Assembly: GCF_000020025.1 (NCBI RefSeq) | Contig: NC_010628.1 | Coordinates: 2,100,001-2,132,000 of the forward strand | From: Nostoc punctiforme PCC 73102 | GTDB taxonomy: Bacteria > Cyanobacteriota > Cyanobacteriia > Cyanobacteriales > Nostocaceae | DNA: 32,000 nucleotides | Direction of reading: 5' to 3' | Shown: one piece after another, positions 10,055 to 19,738 of the stretch | Layout of the letters: every line of letters starts with the position of its first letter | Numbering within the stretch: position 1 is the stretch's first letter | Translations under genes and position numbers: made by a program | Notes under the pieces: model-generated | Told to the model about the DNA's origin: nothing | Database searches by the model: none | Seen by the model: the letters and a program-made list of their open reading frames with translations, nothing else

Positions 10055-10141
10055 TAAAAGTTTTTTCTTTCCCCTTTACCTCGCGCCTTATCCCCAGAGA
10101 AGACCCCACCTTCCCCTTATCCCAAAACCCGACAAGTATTG
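10055..10141. repeat. Dispersed Nostoc-type repeat with a second copy at about 13215-13277
   Basis: cccaaaacccgacaagtattg (10121-10141) matches cccaaaacccgaaaagtattg (13257-13277) at 20 of 21 positions. Both are preceded by similar tctttcccctt tracts. Confidence 0.6.
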
Positions 10142-10490
10142 AGTTCGTAGAGGATTTACACAAAAAATAGTACAAACCTATATTTTCTGGTAGAGGCATG
10201 TAAACCCAAAGTTTAGTCTACGAGTTCTCTAAAATAGTACCCATAGGGTATTGTCCCTACTGCGTGTAGTTTTGAGTAAGTCCTATTGGAGTCAAAACTA
10301 GCTTGACTTAAGCGACAATATCTATATAATAAAATCCGTCATAATTGCTTTACGCTTGCAAATTATGCAAACTAAATACTTACAATACAAAAGTCACAAG
10401 CAGTTTTGTGACTTTTATACTATTGGTACAGTATGACAATGTAAATAAACCAATCATCCCCCTACTTTTAAGTAAGGGACAAAAGCGGTG

Positions 10491-10513
10491 AAAAGCTTAG
10501 AAAGTAAGCTTTT
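10491..10513 (-). terminator. Hairpin 20 nt downstream of the 10533..11432 stop, with a second hairpin at 10389-10416
   Basis: aaaagctta, the loop gaaag, then taagctttt, giving a 9-bp stem. Further downstream, aaaagtcacaa and ttgtgactttt form an 11-bp stem followed by a T-rich tract on the - strand. Confidence 0.45.
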
Positions 10514-10532
10514 TGAGTTTTGCGTAGTGCTA

Positions 10533-11456
<924 letters not shown>

Positions 11457-13085
11457 TTACAGAGTTTTTAATCGATTGAGAATAAGGTAGTATACACCTG
11501 GCTGAAGGCGATTTTTCACTTCAGATTATATTAGTATGCGATAACCATGAAATCGGCGGTAGTCCAAACTACCATTTTCGCATATTTTTCTAGTACACAG
11601 GCAGATTTAGTTGTTGTTACCATAACTGTTTCTGCATCTGACTGGAAAATTACAGATATCACTAAGTCCAGCTTGACAGCGGTTGACTTCCCAAAAGTTA
11701 ACTGTGTTGCAAATAATCTACAAAGCTTTTAACTTCTCTGGGATTATTCTCATCTTTCAAGAGCAACAAGATCAAACTGCTTATACCTAATTATGGCACT
11801 ATGCCGACTCGGAGTAAAAACTAGTTTGCGCGGTTCATCTGGGGTATTTGTTACTCGAAAAAGATGGTTTATATTCAGCTTTGGTGAATTATTTGTAGTA
11901 CACAGGTGGCTGGAGATCGTTGGGAGTAATCTCAAAAGCAACCGCTTACCAGGTGTAGCAACATTCAGAGGTTGAGCCAAACGGCTCGTTGGGAACTATC
12001 ATTTCGTTCACAACCTCCTGTGATGTCTCGGCAGTATAAGCCGTTGGCTTGAGGGAAGATAGTAGACATCAAGTAGATCAATTAATTCCAATTTTGAAGT
12101 ACCTATTGTTCTTTCAAATATCGCTTTTTATCATACCATTGTTTTTTGATATTGGAATAAAATTATGCATTTTAAAGTTTATAAATTATGAGTATTTAAA
12201 TATTTTATATTCTGACTAAATCAAGGTTTGATGATATTTGTCTTTTGACTCTTAAATCTAAGTCTGATTGATCTTTTTGTGTTGATGATTTGACACAGAA
12301 AGCTGCGATTAATTCAGACTGAATCGCATAGCCATGAGGCTTTTTTGCTCGTGTTAATCAACGAAAAATTAGTTAATAAGCATATATATAATAAAACATA
12401 TTGGATTCCTCTGACGATTATTTAGAAATTGTTTTTCAATGGAATTATATTTTTTTCATGAAAGAATTTCAAATTTCCATGATTTAACTAATTCATTGGC
12501 TACTTGAAAGTAGATTTTGATGTCCTGTTTTATAAACTTGAGAGACTGTAAGTGCGTAGATAGTTGTTACTAAAAAAAGACAAGAATCCGCACAAGACTA
12601 CGATATCAGCCTTTTTCTCTAAGTATCTAGGCGATCGCAGACTAAGTTGACGAGGACACAAAGGCATTAATAAAGATATCATCTCGTCAACCTCAAAAAC
12701 ATACAAACGAGGCATTTTGAATTCTGCCTTACTCGCAGGGCTTTTAGTAGGATCAAGGGACTAGCTGTTTTACGGGCGCGATCGCTCCATGTATTCATGT
12801 ACCTTAAAAAACGGGTTACTCTCAACCCTTCTACTACTTTTTCATCTTCTAGTTCCAAAATATGCTGCAATGGTCTTCACTCCTTGCAAATTTCCTGTTT
12901 GAGCAAGTACTTGCGCTCAATTGCTTGAGTCAGTACTACTCGTACTGCTTATATATACGTGTTTTCCCTATCTGTATCAGGCTAAATTGCTAAAAATATA
13001 TTACAAGTCAAGTTATTTTGATTACTCTTCGCTCAACTAGAGTGGTTCTCAATTGCATGAATACATACCTAATCCCCGGATTCGT

Positions 13086-13156
13086 GGGTTGGGTTGAGTG
13101 TAAGCGTTACCCAACAAAGCCTTGATAATGTTGGGTTTCGTTCCTCAACCCAACCC
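13086..13156. repeat. Small inverted-repeat (MITE-like) element
   Basis: gggttgggttgag (13086-13098) is the perfect reverse complement of ctcaacccaaccc (13144-13156). The internal gttgggtttcgttcctcaaccc motif is a repeat type common in Nostoc genomes. Confidence 0.6.
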
Positions 13157-13489
13157 ACTACTTTTCGGTTAAACCCAATAATCTCTCTTTTGGTCTGGGG
13201 AAAGGTTACTGGGCTTTGGGGAAAGGGAAATTCAAACCCTTTCTTTTCCCCTTTCTCCCAAAACCCGAAAAGTATTGCAACCCAACCTACCGGTCTGTCT
13301 CATTAAATTTGAGAGATAAGAGAACGAACCGCGATTGCGCAGGGTTTTGCAGAGAAGTAAGAAGGAAAGAAGAGAAATTGAAGAATTTATCTACTCGTCA
13401 AAATTAATGACATGAGCTACTACGCTAGTTTTAGCTTTTAGCCCAATACGGTTCATTTAAGGGCTACTGGCAAAAATTTTGGGGTTTTG

Positions 13490-13515
13490 AGACGCGATAA
13501 ATCGCCGTCTCTACA
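13490..13515. repeat. Dispersed 26-bp repeat, identical to 31206-31231
   Basis: agacgcgataaatcgccgtctctaca occurs identically at 13490-13515 and 31206-31231. An inverted, near-identical partial copy lies at 31251-31272. Confidence 0.85.
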
Positions 13516-13623
13516 AGTGTTTTGCTTTTATCTGAACTGCATTGGTTTTTAGCCTTAACCCAAGCGTATTGTATTAAGTATTATCTGCACCTATCCGGCA
13601 GTCCGAAATTATCCGTGAAAACT

Positions 13624-13658
13624 TAAGATCCCCGAATTCTTTTAGAATTCGGGGATCT
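13624..13658 (-). terminator. Perfect 16-bp hairpin downstream of the 13744..16083 gene
   Basis: aagatccccgaattct, the loop ttt, then agaattcggggatctt. On the - strand it is followed by aagtttt. It belongs to the ccccga…tcgggg hairpin family also seen at about 21226-21255. Confidence 0.5.
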
Positions 13659-13743
13659 TGGGCAGATTAGCGTCAGGATTGATGGTGAAAGTGATAGAAG
13701 GTAAACTAGCACCCATTACACCCAAACTGATTAAACTCGCCAT

Positions 13744-16083
13744 TTAATTCGTGTTACTGGAGGGTTTAGCCTGATTTCGCATCGTTTCTAGGCTAAAAGC
13801 CGCCGCGCCAAAGGTTACTAACAACACTCCCAGAATTTGCACAATCTCTAAATTTTCTTGAATGATTAACCCAGCAAAAATCACGGTTAAAACTGGGATG
13901 CTACCACCGATAATCGCCGATCGCGAAGCACCTAATTTACTGATACCAACATTGTTCAGCAAATAACCAGCAAGAGTCAGCACACCCAAGATAAATGCGC
14001 TTAAAACCAGTTCTAGCATCTTAGAGGAGTCAAAAACTATCAAGTTCCAATTGCTTGGTAAAGGTAGCATCAAGCAGACAAAACTCAACAACAACATGGT
14101 AGCGAAGTTAATTAAGGTAAAAGTCACGGGATGCAGTTTGCTAGCACATACCCGTGTCAGAATTATGTAGGCAGCAAAAGCTACGCCCGAAAGAAGGGCA
14201 GTGCTGCCTCCTAGTGAAGGATTACCGATACTGTTGTTGGGAGAACCTCCTAAAACTAACAATTCACCGCAGCAAATGGCTGCGATCGCACCGAAGCGGA
14301 ATGTGGTGGGGCGATCGCGGAACAGAAACCACGACAATAACCCACTAACCATCGGATAGATAAAGAACAGTGCGATCGCCATTCCTGTTGTGACTTGAGC
14401 GATCGCAATGTAGATTAGCACCTGAGACAAGAACAAAAAGCACCCACTCACAACCGACAATAGCAAAATCCGCTTGGTAGCTGTATTAGCAGCTGTGGGA
14501 TTTCCTCGCACTGAAGCGGCCAAATTTTCTAAATCTTGCCATAGTGTTGGATGCAACATGGGAGATAGCAATACCATCAGTGGTACTACTACCATAAACC
14601 GGAGCGTCAAAATCAACAGAGTATTACCCAAAGTCGGTGGTAGCAAGCGTTCTACATCTACTACTCCAAAAATCTGGGAACCTTCGTGGAAAATCACCTT
14701 GATGGCTATGTTGTAAAGCGACGATATCACTGCCGATGAGACAATCAACAAGAAACCGACTTGCAACTGCGAAAAACCGGAGGAATTACGCGATCGCGAT
14801 TCTGAGGGTTTTGCTGGCGGCTGCGGCTCTAGCGCAGTCGAAGGTGGTGATTTGGGTTTACTCTGCGACACTCTGCGGATCACAGAATTTGGCTCAGTAG
14901 CGTTTCTTCTTCGTAAAGGTTGAGGTTGTATTGCTTCCGGCTTTGGCACAGATACAATAGGAGGCTCTGATATTGTTTCGCTTTCTGACAAATCCTTATT
15001 GAGGACAGAAAGAGGTTCAGCAGCGTTTTCTTGTGGTGGCGGAACTACAGGAGCAGTAGGCTCTGATTTCGTTTCTCTTTCCGACAAGTCTTTGATAGGG
15101 ACAGAAATCGGGTTCGGGGTGTTTTCTCTAACAACGGGAGACTCTGATGTTGTTTCTCTTTCCGACAAGTCTTTGCTAGGGACAGAAATCGGGTTCGCAG
15201 CGCTTTCTCTAACAATGGGAGGCTCTGATGTTATTTCTCTTTCCAACAAGTCTTTGATGGAGACAGAAATTGTGTTCGCAGTGTTTTCTCTAACAACGGG
15301 AGGCTCTAATATGGTTTCTCTTTCTTCTAAAAATTGATTCGGGATCGCGGAAATTGGCTCAGAGGAATTTTTTACTACTTCGCTAAAGGTTGGCGGGGAT
15401 GGCTCAGAAGAATTGTTTTTTTCTGGCTCAGTAAACTGTAAAACAGTAGGCGTACCTGCTGCTGGTTTGCGTGAAGTTTCTTCTATAGTTTTTTCTAGTT
15501 CTCCATGCAGGCGGTTAACAAACTCCGCCAAAATCGTTTCCCCTTGCTGTTGCTGGCTATACATCCGTGACAACTGTTGGGAAAGATTACTTTGATAGTT
15601 TTTTAGCTCCTGTTGCAGCGAGTTAAAAGTAACAGTAACGGTGTCATCCAGGCTGTCAAACATGTGTTCGACTTTTTCATTGATTTCACCTACTACATTG
15701 CTGCTCACTTCAGCGGACTTCAGCGCAGCTTGTTCGTAAGACTTACCCTCTATGCTTTGGTTAGCTAAATTTGCCAGAGAGGATTGCAGTTGTGAAGATA
15801 TATGTTTTGCCAGAACTTCTGCCAGTTGGCGAATTAAGACTTGCTGTTCGGTGATTTGGCGCACTTGTTGTAAATGCTCTTTTTCCTCTACCAAGCTTTG
15901 AATCTCATCGGATAACCGATTTTTTTCTGACTGAAGTCGCTTTACATCTTCCTGCAAGGCTCTGAGGACATTCTGCTGAAGATTTTCTAAGTCTTCAACT
16001 ACAGCCCAAAGAGCATTTTCTGCTGCTCTAGATAGCTCGCCTCTGACTCTTGGGTTTTCTGGTTGCTTCTCGAATCGCCCCAT
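13744..16083 (-). CDS. Coiled-coil, 27-aa-repeat and DMT/EamA-family permease fusion protein (779 aa)
   Basis: ATG with GAGG about 10 nt upstream. The N-terminal roughly 200 aa are heptad-like and rich in Q, E and L. The middle holds repeats of the form SEPPxVRExxxNPISVxxKDLSERET. The C-terminal roughly 330 aa have about 10 hydrophobic helices in two EamA-like halves. Confidence 0.8.
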   Translation of the reverse strand: MGRFEKQPENPRVRGELSRAAENALWAVVEDLENLQQNVLRALQEDVKRLQSEKNRLSDEIQSLVEEKEHLQQVRQITEQQVLIRQLAEVLAKHISSQLQSSLANLANQSIEGKSYEQAALKSAEVSSNVVGEINEKVEHMFDSLDDTVTVTFNSLQQELKNYQSNLSQQLSRMYSQQQQGETILAEFVNRLHGELEKTIEETSRKPAAGTPTVLQFTEPEKNNSSEPSPPTFSEVVKNSSEPISAIPNQFLEERETILEPPVVRENTANTISVSIKDLLEREITSEPPIVRESAANPISVPSKDLSERETTSESPVVRENTPNPISVPIKDLSERETKSEPTAPVVPPPQENAAEPLSVLNKDLSESETISEPPIVSVPKPEAIQPQPLRRRNATEPNSVIRRVSQSKPKSPPSTALEPQPPAKPSESRSRNSSGFSQLQVGFLLIVSSAVISSLYNIAIKVIFHEGSQIFGVVDVERLLPPTLGNTLLILTLRFMVVVPLMVLLSPMLHPTLWQDLENLAASVRGNPTAANTATKRILLLSVVSGCFLFLSQVLIYIAIAQVTTGMAIALFFIYPMVSGLLSWFLFRDRPTTFRFGAIAAICCGELLVLGGSPNNSIGNPSLGGSTALLSGVAFAAYIILTRVCASKLHPVTFTLINFATMLLLSFVCLMLPLPSNWNLIVFDSSKMLELVLSAFILGVLTLAGYLLNNVGISKLGASRSAIIGGSIPVLTVIFAGLIIQENLEIVQILGVLLVTFGAAAFSLETMRNQAKPSSNTN
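14965..15335 (-). repeat. In-frame 81-bp tandem repeats (three 81-bp units, one 96-bp diverged unit and a partial unit)
   Basis: The ctctgat anchors fall at 14965, 15061, 15142, 15223 and 15304, giving spacings of 96, 81, 81 and 81 bp. Confidence 0.85.
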
Positions 16084-16777
16084 TAGCTTCTAACCTCTAA
16101 CACCTTGACGATAAAGCTGCTTCCGGTACGCTTTATTGGCGCTCATCCTAATTTCCTGTATTTTGTCAGATAAATTAAAAATTTTAACAGCACTTCCGCA
16201 TTTCAACGTAATTCTGTCATACTGAACACAACTTGGCAAAGCACCAAATGTACTTTACTGCTTAATAATCGGTATTTTTTCAGCATTGATTAAGTATTTA
16301 GCCATTCGATTTTGGACTCCGGTTTTCCTCAGTCGAACGATTTTAGATTGTCGTATGGCTGTAACTAGCTTGAAATAGCACCTTTTTTATTTTTGATCCG
16401 TTTCATGTACATCAATATAATATTTGCCAATGAGATTTTTACTTTTAAATAAATCTCACTCCAAATAAATATTTATTGTTTTGCTACCAATAGTAATTGT
16501 CAAAGACTTGTAGATGCGTGTGTTTAGGCGGAAAGTTATCTGCCTTGCGAAACTAGTTGTAAATTTCTGTGGAATGTAACTTGTGTGACAGTTTATATCT
16601 CTAAATGGAGATTAAAGTATCTTTCTGTGGAAATTCAAAGTTACGCCATCCCCTGCACAACATTCTAATGAATGAGCAGCAATTCTGCAAAAACACGCTT
16701 TTTTGGCGTTGTTGCAGTTTAGGTTCTACTTTGAGTAGATTTAGTAGATGAAAAAGTTAGGAAAATATTAATAATTC

Positions 16778-18046
16778 TTAGTGGAATAAAATTCGGGCGA
16801 TGCTAAAAATGGCAGCGCTAAGTAAAGCACTCACAGGGATTGTAATTAGCCATGCAGCAGCAATACCTTTTAGCGTTTGGAACTTAATCGACTTAATATT
16901 TTGCACTAGTCCAATGCCAACTACACCGCCGACGAGAGCGTGGGATGTGGAGACTGGTAAACCTAACCGGGAGGCGATGAGGATGGTAGTAGCAGTAGCA
17001 AGTTCGGCACAAAAACCACTACTAGGTTGCAAGGCAATAATGTTTTCGCCAATGGTGGCAATGACTTTTTTTCCCCAAACAGCTAAACCACCAACAATAC
17101 CAGCACCACCAAGGATTAAAATCCAAAGCGGGATGGTAATACCATCAGTAGGTACGCTACCAGTGCGATTGATGTAAACGATCGCAGCTAAAGGAGCGAT
17201 CGCATTTCCCACATCATTAGAACCATGAGCAAAGGCGACAAAGCAAGCACTTAGTAGTTGAAATCGACCGAATAATCTTTCTACAGGATTAGGGAGTATT
17301 TCTCCCTTGTCTCCCTTGTCTATCTTATCTCCCAATTGTCGCCAACTAATGATTGTGAGTCCAACAGCTGCTACTGCACCGGTTAATAGGGGGATGTCGT
17401 AAGTAGGGATTGTAAAACCAACTTGCTCAATTACAAAATTGGTTAGCGGTTCAGTTAGCGATGGTAATACAATCACGCCGAATACACCTAGCAGCAGAGT
17501 ACTCAACCAGGGAATCCATTCTTGTAACTGGACTACTTGATTAGGTTGATCTAAAATCCAGTGCTTGATTTGACTGTAAAATAAAGCAGCGATCGCACCA
17601 CTAATTAATGGCGTTAAAACCCAGCCAATGGTAATCAAGCCAATTGATGACCAATCGATTGCACCTACTCCCAAAGCTACCCAACTAAATCCAGCGATCG
17701 CACCAACAACCGCATGAGAAGAGGATACAGGTAAACCGCGTGATGTGGCAATTTGCAACCACACACCACACGATATTAATACCGTTACCATCCCAGTAAC
17801 TAATATTTGGGGTGTAGCTGCGAATAAGGCGGGATTAGCAATTTTCGTTGCGAGAGTTTCCGTTACCTCATGTCCAAACAACACAGCACCCGTAAACTCT
17901 AATACCCCAGCAATTATTAGTGCTTGTTTGAGGGTGACAGCTTTGGAACCGACGGAGGTTCCCATCGCGTTAGCGACATCGTTTGCTCCGAGATTCCAGG
18001 CGACGTAGAAAGCTAGTAGAGCTACGAAAACTAGGGTAATAAGCAT
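16778..18046 (-). CDS. Inorganic phosphate transporter, PiT (PHO4) family
   Basis: GANDVANAMGTSVGS near the N-terminus and a second GSNDVGNAIAP motif. The protein is polytopic and 422 aa long. Confidence 0.9.
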   Translation of the reverse strand: MLITLVFVALLAFYVAWNLGANDVANAMGTSVGSKAVTLKQALIIAGVLEFTGAVLFGHEVTETLATKIANPALFAATPQILVTGMVTVLISCGVWLQIATSRGLPVSSSHAVVGAIAGFSWVALGVGAIDWSSIGLITIGWVLTPLISGAIAALFYSQIKHWILDQPNQVVQLQEWIPWLSTLLLGVFGVIVLPSLTEPLTNFVIEQVGFTIPTYDIPLLTGAVAAVGLTIISWRQLGDKIDKGDKGEILPNPVERLFGRFQLLSACFVAFAHGSNDVGNAIAPLAAIVYINRTGSVPTDGITIPLWILILGGAGIVGGLAVWGKKVIATIGENIIALQPSSGFCAELATATTILIASRLGLPVSTSHALVGGVVGIGLVQNIKSIKFQTLKGIAAAWLITIPVSALLSAAIFSIARILFH

Positions 18047-18097
18047 TTTGTTGGGGACAAGGGGAAAGTGAGAGAGATGAGGATCAAACTTGAGTTT

Positions 18098-18226
18098 TTA
18101 GGGACTTCCAAGAAATAAATTATCCAAATAAACAAACCACAGAGACACAGAGAACACAGAGGAATAAGGAGGAGAGAGTTTTTTCGCCAGTTTTCTGAGT
18201 ATTTTTTTTATTTGGAAGTCCCTTAA
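18098..18226. repeat. Inverted-repeat-flanked element with an STRR-like heptamer core, in the region upstream of the PiT gene
   Basis: ttagggacttccaa (18098-18111) is the near reverse complement of ttggaagtcccttaa (18212-18226). The core contains cacagag a cacagag aa cacagag. Confidence 0.6.
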
Positions 18227-18237
18227 GGGTAAACTTT

Positions 18238-18468
18238 GAACCTTTGAGCTCCATCGTTGAACCTTTGAGCTCCATCGTTGAACCTTTGAGCTTCATCGTT
18301 GAACCTTTGAGCTTCATCGTTGAACCTTTGAGCTTCATCGTTGAACCTTTGAGCTTCATCATTGAACCTTTGAGCTTCATCGTTGAACCTTTGAGCTTCA
18401 TCGTTGAACCTTTGAGCTTCATCGTTGAACCTTTGAGCTTCGTCGTTGAACCTTTGAGCTTCGTAGCT
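18238..18468. repeat. Tandem array of 11 x 21 bp (consensus gaacctttgagcttcatcgtt)
   Basis: Eleven contiguous units were counted directly. The array is intergenic, between the dehydrogenase stop (18519) and the PiT start (18046). Variants are confined to unit positions 15 and 17-20 (ccat, tcat, tcgt; catt; tagct). Confidence 0.95.
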
Positions 18469-18518
18469 GAATCTCAGACAGAACTTTAAACTTCTAGTTT
18501 TAACACTCTCCTATCTCC

Positions 18519-19625
18519 CTAATCTTCCTTTTGCGGATAAATTAAGATTTTATAAGTATCCGGTGTGGGTGCGATCGCTTGCTCCACAGCTGCTGATAAA
18601 TCTTTTAATGGATAGCGATCGCTAATCAACGCTTTTACATCGATTCGCTGATTAAACACAATATCGGCTGATAGATTCTGAAGCCGATAAGAGGAACTGT
18701 AACTGCCTATCAAGTCAATTTCCCGACGGTAGAGGATATTTGGGTTAATGGGAATTTCCACTTCATCAGGAAATTCGGCGAAAAACAAGATTTTACCGCC
18801 TTTGCGAGTACTATCAAGTGCTTGAAAGAAAGCTTTCTCACTCGGAACCGCCAGCAAAGTAACATCAACACCTAGTCCACCAGTTAAGGCAGAGATTTTG
18901 GCAGGTAAATCAGGATCGCGAGCATCAAAAGCCGCCTCTGCACCGACACTCAAGGCTTTATCAATTCTAGAGGGTAGTAAATCAGTAGCGATCGCTTTTG
19001 CTCCGAAATACTTCACTAACATGATAAACATTAACCCAATTGGCCCAGCACCAGTTACTAATACAGTTTGTCCTGGAGCAATTTGAGCTTTTCTCACTGC
19101 CTTCAAACAGCAGTTAGTCGGTTCTACAAAACTCGCTTCTTCAAAACTGATATTATCCGGGATGGGAATTAGCCCACCGTTTTCTACAATATGTCCGGGA
19201 ACTTTGACATAATCAGCAAAACCGCCGCCACTGGCGTTAAAGCCTGCGGTAGTGGAAATGTTTTTGTAAACATCGCACATGGAGAAATTATCATTTAGGC
19301 AATAGGCGCAACGCATACAAGGGATGTGGTGCATCACCGCTACCCGTTGTCCAACTTGCCAACCTTTGACATTATTGCCTATTGCTGCGATCGTGCCGGC
19401 AGTTTCATGTCCAAAAATGCGCGGCGGTTCATACAGTGGATAACGAATTTTTTTAATATCTGACTGACATAACCCCACAACCCGCACTTGTACCAGCACT
19501 TCATCTGGTTCCACGGTTGGAACTGGGATATCTTCGTAAGAAAGTTGATTAACGCCTCTAAATACCTGTGCTTTCACGTTGGTTTTTCCCCGCTCAACGA
19601 TACTAGATGTAACATTAGTGGTCAA
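18519..19625 (-). CDS. Zinc-dependent medium-chain dehydrogenase/reductase (sorbitol or threonine dehydrogenase-like)
   Basis: GLCQSD…GHETAGTI catalytic-zinc motifs, a CMRCAYC structural-zinc cluster and the Rossmann motif GAGPIGL. The listed start is TTG. The GTG at 19577 (VKAQVFRG…) is a plausible alternative start. Confidence 0.85.
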   Translation of the reverse strand: MTTNVTSSIVERGKTNVKAQVFRGVNQLSYEDIPVPTVEPDEVLVQVRVVGLCQSDIKKIRYPLYEPPRIFGHETAGTIAAIGNNVKGWQVGQRVAVMHHIPCMRCAYCLNDNFSMCDVYKNISTTAGFNASGGGFADYVKVPGHIVENGGLIPIPDNISFEEASFVEPTNCCLKAVRKAQIAPGQTVLVTGAGPIGLMFIMLVKYFGAKAIATDLLPSRIDKALSVGAEAAFDARDPDLPAKISALTGGLGVDVTLLAVPSEKAFFQALDSTRKGGKILFFAEFPDEVEIPINPNILYRREIDLIGSYSSSYRLQNLSADIVFNQRIDVKALISDRYPLKDLSAAVEQAIAPTPDTYKILIYPQKED

Positions 19626-19738
19626 CGTTAAGCTATTTATTATCGGTTAACTTTACTTTGTTGTAACCCAAGTCACATTACTTGCTTCCCCATTCGCGGA
19701 GCGTCCCGTAGAGATAGAGTAAGCTCCGAATTCAAAAT

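Noticed and set aside
10017-10199. The 60-aa ORF on the - strand. The ORFs 13094..13306 and 13216..13407 were treated the same way.
   Set aside because: They run through dispersed, MITE-like repeats with low-complexity G/K/P-rich translations and show no start context.
11709-11732. gca aat aat cta caa agc ttt taa encodes ANNLQSF*, which resembles the ANN… start of cyanobacterial tmRNA tag peptides.
   Set aside because: No tRNA-like acceptor or T-arm (GGTTCGA-type) and no GGGG 5' end lies nearby. The tag does not end in the usual hydrophobic AA-type terminus. It is most likely coincidence.
18120-18489. ORFs 18120..18422 (-) and 18244..18489 (+), which encode the heptapeptide repeats MKLKGST and SIVEPLS. 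A CRISPR array was also considered.
   Set aside because: Both are translations of the 21-bp tandem array, whose period is a multiple of 3 and which is open on both strands. They have no SD and an implausible composition. It is not a CRISPR array because the units are contiguous with no spacers.
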